From NCBI GenBank assembly GCA_011390775.1, contig JAABRS010000001.1, positions 1-62,182 on the forward strand: a stretch of DNA of 62,182 nt. Direction: 5' to 3'. Position 1 is the stretch's first letter. Each line of letters begins with the position of its first letter. Origin of the DNA: Clostridia bacterium (lineage in GTDB: Bacteria; Bacillota; Clostridia; Tissierellales; Dethiosulfatibacteraceae). Shown piece by piece: positions 9,915-20,040 of the stretch. A model generated the notes under the pieces. It ran no database searches, had not been told where the DNA came from, and worked only from the letters and a program-made list of their open reading frames with translations. Both the position numbers and the translations under genes were made by a program.

Positions 9915-12900
9915 ATGAACAATATATTTAATATTGGATTAGATATTGGCTCAACTACTGTTAAGATAGTAGTTTTAAATAGTCAAAACAACATAGTATA
10001 TAAAGAGTATAAAAGACATTATTCAGATGTAAGAGAAACAGTTTTTAAAATGTTGGTAGATTCCAGCAAAAAAGTTGGTAATAATAAAATTAAAATAAAT
10101 GTTACTGGATCTGGAGCCGTTGACGTATCAAAAGCTTTTGATATTCCTTTTATTCAAGAAGTAGCAGCAGGAACAGCAGCCATAGAAGAAAAAATACCTG
10201 AAACTGATGTTGCAATAGAATTAGGTGGTGAAGATGCTAAAATCACTTATATATCGGGTCAATTAGAGCAAAGGATGAATGGCTCATGTGCAGGAGGTAC
10301 GGGAGCATTTATTGACCAAATGGCTATACTCCTTGAAACAGATGCTGATGGTTTAAACGAGTTATCAAAAAATCACAAAACTATATATCCAATAGCTTCA
10401 AGATGTGGTGTTTTTGCTAAAACAGATATTCAACCCTTATTAAATGAAGGAGCAAGTAAAGAAAATATTGCTGCCTCTGTATTTCAGGCTGTCGTTAACC
10501 AGACGATAAGCGGTTTAGCTCAAGGCAGACCCATACAAGGAAATGTAGCCTTTTTAGGTGGGCCTCTTACTTTTTTATCCCAATTAAGAGAAAGATTTAT
10601 TGACACACTAAACTTAAGCAAGGATGAAGTAATTTTCCCAGAAAATTCACAATATTTTGTTGCCTTAGGAGCAGCAATTAATTCCAGGGATTCAAAGATT
10701 ATAAATTTCGAAGAATTAATTAATAGAATAAACAATAAAAACAATGAGCCTATTCATAGAAAAAAAGAATTAGAACCTCTTTTTAAAAATCAAAAAGAAT
10801 ACGATAAATTTATAGAAAGACACAACAAAGCTAGAGTAGAAAGAGGTAGCATTGAAAATTATAAAGGAAATGTATATTTAGGTATAGATGCTGGTTCTAC
10901 CACCACCAAAGTAGCTCTAATAGATGAAAACAGCAAACTTTTATATTCATTTTATGGCAACAACAAGGGAAATCCATTAAAATCAGCAACCAATGCATTA
11001 AGAGATATGTATTCAAAATTAAATGATGATATAGTTATAGCCAAAGCTACTGTAACTGGATATGGTGAACACTTGATAAAATCTGCACTTAAAGTAGATA
11101 TCGGAGAAATTGAAACAATATCTCATTATAAAGCTGCCGATTATTTTGCTAATGGGGTTGACTTTGTATTAGACATCGGTGGACAGGATATGAAAAGTTT
11201 AAAAATTAAAAACGGTGTAATTGATTCAGTTATGCTAAATGAAGCCTGCTCATCCGGCTGTGGTTCTTTTATAGAAACTTTTGCAAAATCTTTAAATTTA
11301 GATGTTAAAACTTTTGCAGAAAAAAGCTACTTTTCAGAGCATCCTGTTGATTTAGGTACAAGATGCACAGTTTTTATGAACTCTAAAGTCAAACAATCTC
11401 AAAGAGAAGGCGCTACTGTATCGGATATAGCAGCTGGTATATCAGTATCAGTAATAAAAAATGCATTATTTAAAGTAATTAGACTTAAATCTTTTGATGA
11501 TTTAGGAGATAAGGTTGTAGTTCAAGGTGGAACTTTTTATAATGATTCTGTACTAAGAGCTTTTGAAATAATTACGGGTAAAAAAGTTATTCGTCCTGAT
11601 ATAGCTGGAATAATGGGAGCCTTTGGAGCTGCAATAATATCAAAAGAAAGGTATAATAAAGGTAAATCAACTGTCTTAGACTACAATCAACTTGAATCTT
11701 TCGAAGTTGATAATCGTATGGAGAGATGCGGAAAATGTGGAAATAACTGTCTAATGACAATTAGTAAGTTCAACGATGGTAGATATTTTGTTTCTGGTAA
11801 CAGATGCGAAAAAGGATCTGAATCCTATGTGGCTAATACCAATGATCTTGACTATGATGAAATTCCTAATCTTTACAATTATAAATACAAGGAAGTATTT
11901 AATTATAAATCACCACCATTGAAAGAATCCCCCAGAGGTTTAATCGGAATTCCTAGGGTTTTAAATATATATGAGGATTATCCATTCTGGTTTACTTTTT
12001 TAACAGAATTAGGATATAAAGTTGTTCTTTCAGGACATTCAACTAAAAAGATTTATGAAATAGGAATAAACACTATTCCTTCAGAGTCGGTATGTTATCC
12101 AGGAAAAATTGCTCACGGCCACGTTCAAGACTTATTAAACAAAAATATCAAAAAAATATTTTATCCCTGTATTCCTTATACTATTAAAGAAGATGAAGAC
12201 TCCGGTAATCATTACAACTGTCCTGTTGTAACTTCTTATCCGGAAACTATAAATTCTAATTTTGATTTTGATAATTTAGGAATTCAGTTCTTTAAGCCTT
12301 TTGTTAATCTAGATGATAAAGATTTAATGATCAAAAAATTATATTCTGAATTAAGAAATGAAGGATTCGATTACACAGAGATAAAAAATGCAGTAGATAA
12401 AGGTTATAGTGAACTTTTGAACTATAAAAACAAAGTAAGAAAAAAAGGTGAAGAAGCTCTAGATTATATAAAGAAAACAAAGAAAAAAGGTATAGTGCTA
12501 GCTGGAAGACCATATCATGTGGATCCTGAAGTAAATCACGGTATACCTGAGATGATTCAATCATATGGTTTTGTTGTTCTATCTGAAGATTCTATATCCC
12601 ATTTAGATAAACCTGAAAGACCCCTTAGAGTAATAGATCAGTGGAGTTACCATACTAGACTTTACTCTGCTGCTTCCTACGTTTGCAAAGAGAGGGATTT
12701 GGAGCTTATACAGCTTAACTCCTTTGGATGCGGTCTAGATGCCGTAGCAACCGATCAGGTTAACGAAATACTTGAAAAACATAACAAAATATTCACTTTG
12801 ATAAAAATTGATGAAATTAATAATTTAGGGGCAGTAAGAATAAGAATAAGATCTCTTATAGCAGCTATGAAAGAAAGAGACAAAATAAATTATAGTCAAT

Positions 12901-14198
12901 TTAACGAAAATAACACTTATAATAATGCTATTTTTACTAAAAAAATGAAAGAGGAATATACAATACTTGCTCCTCAAATGTCTCCTATACACTTTCAATT
13001 TTTTAAAGCTGCCGCTAAAAGAAGTGGTTACAATATAGAAGTACTGCCCTCTGTAGACAAGGAAGCAGTAAATGAAGGCTTAAAATGTGTAAATAACGAT
13101 GCATGTTATCCATCAATTATTACAACAGGTCAAATGATTAAGGCTTTAAAGTCAGGAAAATACGACTTAAATAAGACAGCGCTAATAATGTCTCAAACCG
13201 GTGGTGGATGTAGAGCAACAAATTATATAGCCTTTATAAAAAAAGCTCTTAAAGACAATGGATTTGAACAAATTCCTGTAATATCATTAAATGCTGTAGG
13301 CTTAGAAAAACATCCCGGATTTAAAGTAACTCCAAAACTTCTACATAATTTAGTTATGAGTGTAGTATATGGAGATGTTTTTATGAAGGTTTTATATAAA
13401 ACCAGACCTTACGAAAAAATCAAAGGATCTGCTGACAAACTTTACAACTATTGGGTAGATGTTTGTAAAGAAACCATAGAAAAAGGTGGTTTTAGAGACT
13501 TCAAAGATAACTTAAAAAACATAATAAAAGATTTTGATAATTTAGAAATTGATGAGCATATTGAAAAACCAAAAATTGGTGTAGTAGGTGAAATTTTAGT
13601 AAAATATCACCCTACAGCAAATAATGACATAGTATCTCTTTTAGAAAGTGAAGGTGCAGAAGCTGTTGTTCCAGAACTCTTAGACTTTTTCTCTTATTCA
13701 GCTTATAATACTGTTATTAAACATAAAGAAATGATTAAGAGCAACTTAAAAGGGTCAATTCTTTCATCTGCAGCAATTAAGCTAATTGATTATTATAGAA
13801 AAGAAGCTGTAGAAGCATTTGGAAGTAGCAAAAGATTTTTACCACCTCACAATATAAAAGAATTAGCGAATAAAGCTAAAAAACATTTATCTTTAGGTAA
13901 TCAAACTGGTGAAGGTTGGTTTTTAACTGCTGAAATGGTATCCTTACTTGAAGAAGGTGTAAATAATATTTTATGTTTACAACCTTTTGCTTGTTTACCT
14001 AATCACATCACCGGTAAGGGTATGATAAAGGGATTAAAGAGATCTTATCCTAATGCAAATATCGCACCTATTGACTTTGACCCAGGAGCAAGCGAAGTAA
14101 ATCAAATTAACCGAATTAAATTAATGCTTACAGCTGCTTTTAAAAATTTAGAACCTGATAAAGAAAAAGATGTAGATAGTAGTGCTATTAATTTATAA
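9915..14198 (+). CDS. Fusion protein: two BcrAD/BadFG (HgdC-like activase) ATPase modules plus 2-hydroxyacyl-CoA-dehydratase/DUF2229-like halves
   Basis: Two ASKHA phosphate motifs ('LDIGSTTVK' at the N-terminus, 'IDAGSTTTK' near residue 325). 'ELGGEDAK' / 'DIGGQDMK'. Cys-rich linker 'CGKCGNNC..x..C'. About 800 aa of dehydratase-component-like C-terminus with conserved Cys ('NDACYPS', 'GGGCRATNY'). Confidence 0.8.
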   Translation: MNNIFNIGLDIGSTTVKIVVLNSQNNIVYKEYKRHYSDVRETVFKMLVDSSKKVGNNKIKINVTGSGAVDVSKAFDIPFIQEVAAGTAAIEEKIPETDVAIELGGEDAKITYISGQLEQRMNGSCAGGTGAFIDQMAILLETDADGLNELSKNHKTIYPIASRCGVFAKTDIQPLLNEGASKENIAASVFQAVVNQTISGLAQGRPIQGNVAFLGGPLTFLSQLRERFIDTLNLSKDEVIFPENSQYFVALGAAINSRDSKIINFEELINRINNKNNEPIHRKKELEPLFKNQKEYDKFIERHNKARVERGSIENYKGNVYLGIDAGSTTTKVALIDENSKLLYSFYGNNKGNPLKSATNALRDMYSKLNDDIVIAKATVTGYGEHLIKSALKVDIGEIETISHYKAADYFANGVDFVLDIGGQDMKSLKIKNGVIDSVMLNEACSSGCGSFIETFAKSLNLDVKTFAEKSYFSEHPVDLGTRCTVFMNSKVKQSQREGATVSDIAAGISVSVIKNALFKVIRLKSFDDLGDKVVVQGGTFYNDSVLRAFEIITGKKVIRPDIAGIMGAFGAAIISKERYNKGKSTVLDYNQLESFEVDNRMERCGKCGNNCLMTISKFNDGRYFVSGNRCEKGSESYVANTNDLDYDEIPNLYNYKYKEVFNYKSPPLKESPRGLIGIPRVLNIYEDYPFWFTFLTELGYKVVLSGHSTKKIYEIGINTIPSESVCYPGKIAHGHVQDLLNKNIKKIFYPCIPYTIKEDEDSGNHYNCPVVTSYPETINSNFDFDNLGIQFFKPFVNLDDKDLMIKKLYSELRNEGFDYTEIKNAVDKGYSELLNYKNKVRKKGEEALDYIKKTKKKGIVLAGRPYHVDPEVNHGIPEMIQSYGFVVLSEDSISHLDKPERPLRVIDQWSYHTRLYSAASYVCKERDLELIQLNSFGCGLDAVATDQVNEILEKHNKIFTLIKIDEINNLGAVRIRIRSLIAAMKERDKINYSQFNENNTYNNAIFTKKMKEEYTILAPQMSPIHFQFFKAAAKRSGYNIEVLPSVDKEAVNEGLKCVNNDACYPSIITTGQMIKALKSGKYDLNKTALIMSQTGGGCRATNYIAFIKKALKDNGFEQIPVISLNAVGLEKHPGFKVTPKLLHNLVMSVVYGDVFMKVLYKTRPYEKIKGSADKLYNYWVDVCKETIEKGGFRDFKDNLKNIIKDFDNLEIDEHIEKPKIGVVGEILVKYHPTANNDIVSLLESEGAEAVVPELLDFFSYSAYNTVIKHKEMIKSNLKGSILSSAAIKLIDYYRKEAVEAFGSSKRFLPPHNIKELANKAKKHLSLGNQTGEGWFLTAEMVSLLEEGVNNILCLQPFACLPNHITGKGMIKGLKRSYPNANIAPIDFDPGASEVNQINRIKLMLTAAFKNLEPDKEKDVDSSAINL

Positions 14199-14209
14199 TT
14201 TATAGATTA

Positions 14210-14238
14210 GAAGCTCTGATAATAGAGCTTCTTTTTTT
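14210..14238 (+). terminator. Rho-independent terminator of the 1427-aa gene
   Basis: GAAGCTCT-gataat-AGAGCTTC followed by TTTTTTT. Confidence 0.75.
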
Positions 14239-14239
14239 A

Positions 14240-14267
14240 TTGACATTTCATCTAATTATGATAAAAT
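14240..14267 (+). promoter_or_regulatory. Candidate sigma-A promoter of the TetR-radical SAM operon
   Basis: TTGACA-N16-TAAAAT with a TG extended -10 (aTGaTAAAAT). Confidence 0.5.
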
Positions 14268-14270
14268 ATA

Positions 14271-14305
14271 ATTGACATAGGCGTCTATTTAAACATTGAC
14301 GTCAT
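14271..14305 (+). promoter_or_regulatory. Candidate TetR operator(s)
   Basis: The ATTGAC half-site occurs twice between the promoter and the RBS: inverted repeat ATtGAC-N6-GTCtAT (14271-14288) and ATTGACGTCAT, which contains the perfect palindrome TGACGTCA (14295-14305). Confidence 0.3.
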
Positions 14306-14321
14306 ATAAAGGAGGTCAGTT

Positions 14322-14921
14322 ATGCCAAAAATTGTAGATACGGAAGAAAAGAAATTAGAAATAGCTAATAAAGCTATTCCTGTATTTTCTGAAAAAGGCT
14401 ACTATAACACAAATTTAAAGGATATAAGTAAAGCTTGTAATATGGGGCGAACCACATTATATCAATACTTTAATAATAAAGATGAAATATATTTTTATAT
14501 TCTAGAATTGGGTATGTCTTTTTTCAAAATGAATTATGATGCTATAAAAAATGATGAATCTTCATCTAATATAGAAAAAGTCGAGAAGTTAGTTGAATAT
14601 CTAATTATAAATCTAAATGGGCAAACAATATCTAAAGCCTTTATAGATTTTTGGCTAATGGTAAGACATAATAATAAAGCTTTAGAAAGTGAACTAAAAT
14701 CATTATACAAAGAATTAGAGTCAACTTTTACAAATTTATTAAACGAATCAATTAAAAAAGGAGAAATCAAAGAAGTTCACGGTCCAACTTTATCAACCTT
14801 AATATTAGGAATGCTTCAATCTTTTTCTGTCAAAGACATGATAAATGAAACTGTTGATTCAAAATCAGCATGTCAAACTATCATGATATTGATAGATGGA
14901 GTTAAAAAGGAGGAAAAATAA
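14322..14921 (+). CDS. TetR/AcrR family transcriptional regulator
   Basis: N-terminal HTH 'NLKDISKACNMGRTTLYQYFNNKDEIY'; about 200 aa, a typical size. Confidence 0.85.
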   Translation: MPKIVDTEEKKLEIANKAIPVFSEKGYYNTNLKDISKACNMGRTTLYQYFNNKDEIYFYILELGMSFFKMNYDAIKNDESSSNIEKVEKLVEYLIINLNGQTISKAFIDFWLMVRHNNKALESELKSLYKELESTFTNLLNESIKKGEIKEVHGPTLSTLILGMLQSFSVKDMINETVDSKSACQTIMILIDGVKKEEK

Positions 14922-16294
14922 TGAAAAGTCTAAAAAAATTTGCAAGCCAAGTTGCCGTAAATAAAACAATTGATTATATAGAAAAAAATCCTAAAGATAA
15001 TATAGATAATATCCTTAATTTTACGGAAAAATTTTTGAAAAATCCTCGAGATATAAGACTCTTAAAGAAAGTAAAATCAGAACTAAATGATTTTGATAGC
15101 CCTTGGACAAAACTAATATATAATTTTTTTGACGAAGTAGAAATCAATGGCCAAAAGAAATTTATTAAAAATTTCTTTTTAAATGCATCAATTTTTGGTT
15201 TGCCTAAAGAAAAAAGTATAGCAAAAGAAGAAGATATAAATGTTCCTTGGACTATACTAATGGATCCTACTTCACGTTGCAACTTGAAGTGTGATGGATG
15301 CTGGGCTAATGAATACAATAAAACTGATGATTTATCTTTTGAAACAATGGACAGAATAATAAGAGAAGGTAAAGAACTGGGTATTTATATGTACATTTTT
15401 TCAGGAGGAGAACCTTTTGTAAGAATTGATGATATACTGAAATTATGTGAAACTCACCAAGACTGTTATTTTACATGTTTTACAAATGGTACATTAATTA
15501 CAAAAGATATAGCTAAAAGAATTGGAGAAGTAGGAAACTTTGCTCCAGGAATTAGTATTGAAGGATTTGAAGAAGCTACTGATTATAGAAGGGGTGAAGG
15601 TACATTTAAGAAATTATCAAAAGGTATGGATTACTTAAAGGAAGAAGGAGTTCTATATGGAGTATCAGTATGTTATCATCATCACAACTATAAAGAAATA
15701 GGCTCTGAAGAATTTTATGACTTTGTGATTGATAAAGGAGCTTACTTTATGTGGCTTTTTACTTATATGCCTATCGGAAAAGACGCTAATACGGATTTAT
15801 GCTGCAGACCAGATGAAAGAGAATATATGTATAATAAAGTAAGAGAATTTAGAAAAACAAAACCTATATTTACAATGGATTTTTGGAATGATGGAGAATA
15901 TGTAGATGGGTGCATCGCCGGAGGAAGAAATTACTTTCATATAAATGCAAATGGAGATGTTGAACCTTGTGCTTTTGTTCATTATTCTGATACTAATATT
16001 AAGGACGTAAGCTTACTAGAAGCTTTAAAATCTCCTCTATTTAAGGCTTATAAAAAAAGACAGCCTTTCAACAGCAATCATTTAAGACCTTGTCCTATTT
16101 TAGATAATCCTGAAAAAATTGTTGAAATGGTTCATGAAGCTAATTCTATGTCTACACAACCTTTAGATAAAGAGCCGCCAGAAAACCTTTATGATAAATG
16201 TAAACCTATAGCCCATAAATGGAGCAAGACAGCTGATAGATTATGGGAAAAGGATAGAAATGACGATAATAAAAATAACAAAAAAGGAGCCTAG
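14921..16294 (+). CDS. Radical SAM enzyme of unassigned function, with a C-terminal auxiliary Cys (twitch/SPASM-like) region
   Basis: 'CNLKCDGCW' (CxxxCxxC) after an N-terminal extension of about 110 aa. 'SGGEPF'. C-terminal 'GCIAGG..NANGDVEPCAF..RPCP'. The start overlaps the TetR stop (TAATG). Confidence 0.8.
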   Translation: MKSLKKFASQVAVNKTIDYIEKNPKDNIDNILNFTEKFLKNPRDIRLLKKVKSELNDFDSPWTKLIYNFFDEVEINGQKKFIKNFFLNASIFGLPKEKSIAKEEDINVPWTILMDPTSRCNLKCDGCWANEYNKTDDLSFETMDRIIREGKELGIYMYIFSGGEPFVRIDDILKLCETHQDCYFTCFTNGTLITKDIAKRIGEVGNFAPGISIEGFEEATDYRRGEGTFKKLSKGMDYLKEEGVLYGVSVCYHHHNYKEIGSEEFYDFVIDKGAYFMWLFTYMPIGKDANTDLCCRPDEREYMYNKVREFRKTKPIFTMDFWNDGEYVDGCIAGGRNYFHINANGDVEPCAFVHYSDTNIKDVSLLEALKSPLFKAYKKRQPFNSNHLRPCPILDNPEKIVEMVHEANSMSTQPLDKEPPENLYDKCKPIAHKWSKTADRLWEKDRNDDNKNNKKGA

Positions 16295-16305
16295 GCTCCT
16301 TTTTT
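16281..16305. terminator. Bidirectional terminator between the radical SAM gene and rnfB
   Basis: AAAAAGGAGCC-TA-GGCTCCTTTTT palindrome. The TAG stop lies in the loop, and there are T-runs on both strands. Confidence 0.75.
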
Positions 16306-16306
16306 G

Positions 16307-17296
16307 TTATCTCATTTCTATTGCATCTACAGGGCATTTTTCAAAACAAACACTGCATCCAATACATTCTTCCTGATTAACTACATGGACTTTTTTCACT
16401 TCACCATCAATGCAGTCTACAGGACAGTTCTTTGCACAAATTGTACAACCAATACATTTGTCCTCAATGATATACGCTTTTTTTCTTTTTTCTAATTCTC
16501 CTGATATCGCATTAGTTGGACATTTTTCTGTACATATCATACAACCTGTACATTTTTCATAATCTATTTTTGCAATATTATTTTCTACATGGATTGCATC
16601 AAAAGGACAATTCTTCTCACATATTCCACAAGCTATACAACCTACTTCACATATATCCTTTACTGCTTTTCCAAAATCTTGATTTTTACAATCTACCACT
16701 ACTTCTTGGTCATATGGTACCCATTCTATTACATCCTTAGGACAAGCTTCTAAACATAATCCACAAGCTGTACATTTTTCTGGGTCTATTATTGCAATCC
16801 CGTCTTCTATCCTGATTGCATCAAAATTACAGACTTCTAAACATGTACCATATCCAAGGCATCCCTTGTCACAAGATTTATCTCCACCTTGAATCATTGA
16901 AGCTGCCTTGCAATCTTTTATACCTTTATAATCAAATTTTTTCTTTGAAATAGAATCACAACCTGAACACAATACTCTTGCTACCTTCTTACCTTCAGAA
17001 TCTTCTCCTGATTCTAATCCCATTATAGCGCTAACTGCTTCTGCAGTTTCAGATCCTCCTACGGGACAAGAATTGGCAGCTTCTTTACCTTCAGCTATTG
17101 CTTTAGCTAAAGCATCACAACCTGGATATCCGCAGGCTCCACAATTTGCTCCCGGCAAGGCTTCTTTTATTTGAGTAATCTTAGGGTCTACTTCAACATG
17201 AAATACCTTAGAAGCGACAGCTAATAAAATACCAAATGCAAGTCCTAATCCTCCTAATGTTAATACGGCGTTAAATACACTATTCAATTGCTGCAC
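16307..17296 (-). CDS. rnfB: Rnf complex subunit B (polyferredoxin form)
   Basis: N-terminal TM helix. RnfB-type Fe-S motif 'CGACGYPGCDALAKAIAEG..NSCP'. Five canonical CxxCxxCxxxCP motifs plus extra Cys clusters. Confidence 0.9.
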   Translation of the reverse strand: MQQLNSVFNAVLTLGGLGLAFGILLAVASKVFHVEVDPKITQIKEALPGANCGACGYPGCDALAKAIAEGKEAANSCPVGGSETAEAVSAIMGLESGEDSEGKKVARVLCSGCDSISKKKFDYKGIKDCKAASMIQGGDKSCDKGCLGYGTCLEVCNFDAIRIEDGIAIIDPEKCTACGLCLEACPKDVIEWVPYDQEVVVDCKNQDFGKAVKDICEVGCIACGICEKNCPFDAIHVENNIAKIDYEKCTGCMICTEKCPTNAISGELEKRKKAYIIEDKCIGCTICAKNCPVDCIDGEVKKVHVVNQEECIGCSVCFEKCPVDAIEMR

Positions 17297-17299
17297 CTC

Positions 17300-17875
17300 C
17301 TATATTGATAAGCTTGAAAAACCTAAGAAAGCTATTGACATTAATCCTGCTGTTATTAATGCTATTGGAAACCCTTTTAAGCTTTCAGGTACATCAGCTA
17401 GTTCTAATCTTTCTCTAATACCTGCAAACAATACTATTGCTAAAGTAAACCCTATTGCTGCTCCTAGAGAATTCACTATAGTTTCCATTAGATCAAATTC
17501 ATTTTGGATATTTAGTATTGCTAATCCAAGAACAGCACAGTTTGTAGTTATTAATGGAAGATACACTCCCAATGCTTCATAAAGAGAAGGACTTGATTTT
17601 TTAAGAAACATTTCTACAAATTGCACTAAGGAAGCAATAATTAATATGAAAGCTATTGTTTGTAAATATTGTAATCCAAAGTTGTCTAATATCGCTACCT
17701 GTACTAACCATGTCATAATCGAAGCCAGTGTCATAACAAATGTAACTGCAATTCCCATTCCTAATGCTGTTTCAACTTTTTTTGAAACTCCCAAGAAAGG
17801 GCAAATACCTAGAAATTTTGCTAATACAAAGTTATTGACCAATACAGCTCCGATAAATATACTAAAATAATTCAT
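17300..17875 (-). CDS. rnfA: Rnf complex subunit A
   Basis: 191-aa six-TM protein with '[10 protein letters not shown]' and '[12 protein letters not shown]'. Its position in the rnfCDGEAB order supports the call. Confidence 0.9.
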   Translation of the reverse strand: MNYFSIFIGAVLVNNFVLAKFLGICPFLGVSKKVETALGMGIAVTFVMTLASIMTWLVQVAILDNFGLQYLQTIAFILIIASLVQFVEMFLKKSSPSLYEALGVYLPLITTNCAVLGLAILNIQNEFDLMETIVNSLGAAIGFTLAIVLFAGIRERLELADVPESLKGFPIALITAGLMSIAFLGFSSLSI

Positions 17876-17890
17876 AATTTATCCTCCTTA

Positions 17891-18487
17891 TTAAGCTGCT
17901 CTTTTTTTAGAAATAAAGTTTACTAAACCGATTAAAAACCCTAGGGCTAAAAATGCTCCCGGTGGTAAAATCATAATCAATGCCGGTTCAAAAGATCCAC
18001 CTAAAATAGTAGCTCCAAATAAACTTCCACTTCCCAACAATTCTCTAACCATGCCTAATACCGTAAGGGCAAGTGTAAAACCAATACCCATGCCTACAGC
18101 ATCAAAAATTGAAGGTACAATATTATTTTTTGATGCATATGATTCAGCTCTTCCAAGTATAAGACAGTTTACAACTATCAAAGGAATAAACAACCCTAAA
18201 GATTTATATAATTCTAATGCAAATGCATGCATAAACATATCTATTAAAGTAACAAAAGTTGCTATTACAACAATGAAAACCGGAATTCTAATCTTATTAG
18301 GTATAAACTTCCTCAATGAAGCTATAACTAAGTTAGAACCTATTAATACTGTTGTTGTAGCCAAACCCATACCTAATCCGTTTAATGCTGATGTTGTCAC
18401 TGCAAGAGTTGGACACATTCCTAAAAGTTGAACAAAGATAGGGTTTTCTTTAATAATTCCGTTTTTTAAATTTTTTACTAAATTCAC
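17891..18487 (-). CDS. rnfE: Rnf complex subunit E
   Basis: 198-aa RnfA paralog with 'LLGMCPTLAVT' and 'IPLIVVNCLILGRAE'. Confidence 0.9.
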   Translation of the reverse strand: MNLVKNLKNGIIKENPIFVQLLGMCPTLAVTTSALNGLGMGLATTTVLIGSNLVIASLRKFIPNKIRIPVFIVVIATFVTLIDMFMHAFALELYKSLGLFIPLIVVNCLILGRAESYASKNNIVPSIFDAVGMGIGFTLALTVLGMVRELLGSGSLFGATILGGSFEPALIMILPPGAFLALGFLIGLVNFISKKRAA

Positions 18488-18498
18488 TCTAAACCCTC

Positions 18499-19095
18499 CT
18501 AATTAATATATTCATTAAAGATATCCAAAGCATTGTTTACAGCACTTGTATAAGAATTGGACGAAAAGGTTGCTCCAGCTACTGCTTGTATTTGGTTGTC
18601 TTCGCTAACACCAGACTTAACTACCTCTATATCCATATCCACTGATTTTCCAACAAATTGATCTTTGAATTCTTGCTTTTGAACATTAGTACCTAATCCT
18701 GGAGTTTCTAACATTGATAAAACTTTTACACCAACTACTTCACCATCAGGTGAAATACCTACAAAAAGTTCTATATCTCCTCCATATCCTTTTTCAGTAC
18801 TTAAAGTTCTTATACCATATCCAACAACATTGCCTGATTCATCTACTGCTTTTTTAGCATCAATAAATTTTTCGTTTTCGTTCTTAATTACACTAACTGT
18901 ATCTTCATCTATATTTTCAAAATTTGCAGATCCTGGTACAACTTCCATAGCAACTTCAGGTCCTGAACTAGCTTCTTCCTCAGCTGCCACTATAAGGTCT
19001 GCTGTTATTGTATTTGAAAAGGCAAGTAATCCACCTGCTATAGAAGTTATGATCAAAAGTACTAATCCCAATTTTACAATTTCATTTTTCATCAT
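18499..19095 (-). CDS. rnfG: Rnf complex subunit G (FMN-binding)
   Basis: N-terminal TM anchor. FMN_bind-type domain with a covalent-FMN motif-like 'VAGATFSS'. Confidence 0.85.
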   Translation of the reverse strand: MMKNEIVKLGLVLLIITSIAGGLLAFSNTITADLIVAAEEEASSGPEVAMEVVPGSANFENIDEDTVSVIKNENEKFIDAKKAVDESGNVVGYGIRTLSTEKGYGGDIELFVGISPDGEVVGVKVLSMLETPGLGTNVQKQEFKDQFVGKSVDMDIEVVKSGVSEDNQIQAVAGATFSSNSYTSAVNNALDIFNEYIN

Positions 19096-20027
19096 TTTTT
19101 AGCACCTCCAAATACTTTTGGAGCTGTGTATTTTTCAATTATTGGTGTTGCTACATTCATAAGTAATATTGAATAAGATACACCTTCTGGAGTTGCTCCA
19201 AAGATTCTTATTAGCATTGTAAGTATTCCGGCACCTATTCCAAAAACAATTTTACCTTTTGATGTAACCGGACTTGAAGCATAATCAGTTGCCATAAATA
19301 TTGCTCCTAATAATAATCCACCACCAAAAACATGATATCCTACTAATAAAAGACTTCCTTCATAAAAATATGCTATTACTGCAACAGTTCCTATATATGA
19401 TACGGGTATTTTCCAAGATATAACTCCTCTATATAGCAAGTATAATCCACCTATTATCAATAGAATTGCTGAAGTTTCTCCTATACATCCTGGAACCCTA
19501 CCTAAAATTACATCTGTTAGTGGTTGTAAATTACCTTCTGCACCCTTTACTATCTGTAAAGGTGTTGCGGCTGACACAGCATCTACTCCTGCTGGGTTTT
19601 CCCATCCTAGCATTTTTGTAGGCCATGATGCTAAAAGCATTGCTCTACCAGCTAATGCTGGATTTATAAAGTTATGCCCTATTCCACCAAATACCTGCTT
19701 AGCTACTGCTATTGCAAATACAGAACCTATTAGCGGTATCCACCATGGTGCAGACGGTGGTAGGTTAAATGCTAATAATATTCCAGTTACAACTGCACTT
19801 AAATCCTTAATTGTAACTTCTTTCTTAAGTAATTTTTGTATTATTGCTTCTGTTGCTACTGCTGAAATTACTGCTATACTTGTTAATTTAATAGAATCAA
19901 AACCGAAATAGTATATACTAGCAATAACTGCAGGAAGAAGAGCAATAATTACATCTAGCATTACTTTTGTAGTATTTTCATTTGATCTTATATGTGGCGA
20001 TGAAGTTGCTAGAACTTTATTTTCCAT
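19092..20027 (-). CDS. rnfD: Rnf complex subunit D
   Basis: Polytopic NqrB/RnfD-like protein with 'SSPHIRS' and an FMN-attachment-like 'SAATPL'. I chose the start at MENKVL (GGGAGGAG 7 nt upstream) rather than the ORF-track 20063. Confidence 0.9.
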   Translation of the reverse strand: MENKVLATSSPHIRSNENTTKVMLDVIIALLPAVIASIYYFGFDSIKLTSIAVISAVATEAIIQKLLKKEVTIKDLSAVVTGILLAFNLPPSAPWWIPLIGSVFAIAVAKQVFGGIGHNFINPALAGRAMLLASWPTKMLGWENPAGVDAVSAATPLQIVKGAEGNLQPLTDVILGRVPGCIGETSAILLIIGGLYLLYRGVISWKIPVSYIGTVAVIAYFYEGSLLLVGYHVFGGGLLLGAIFMATDYASSPVTSKGKIVFGIGAGILTMLIRIFGATPEGVSYSILLMNVATPIIEKYTAPKVFGGAKK

Positions 20028-20040
20028 ATTATCTCCTCCC

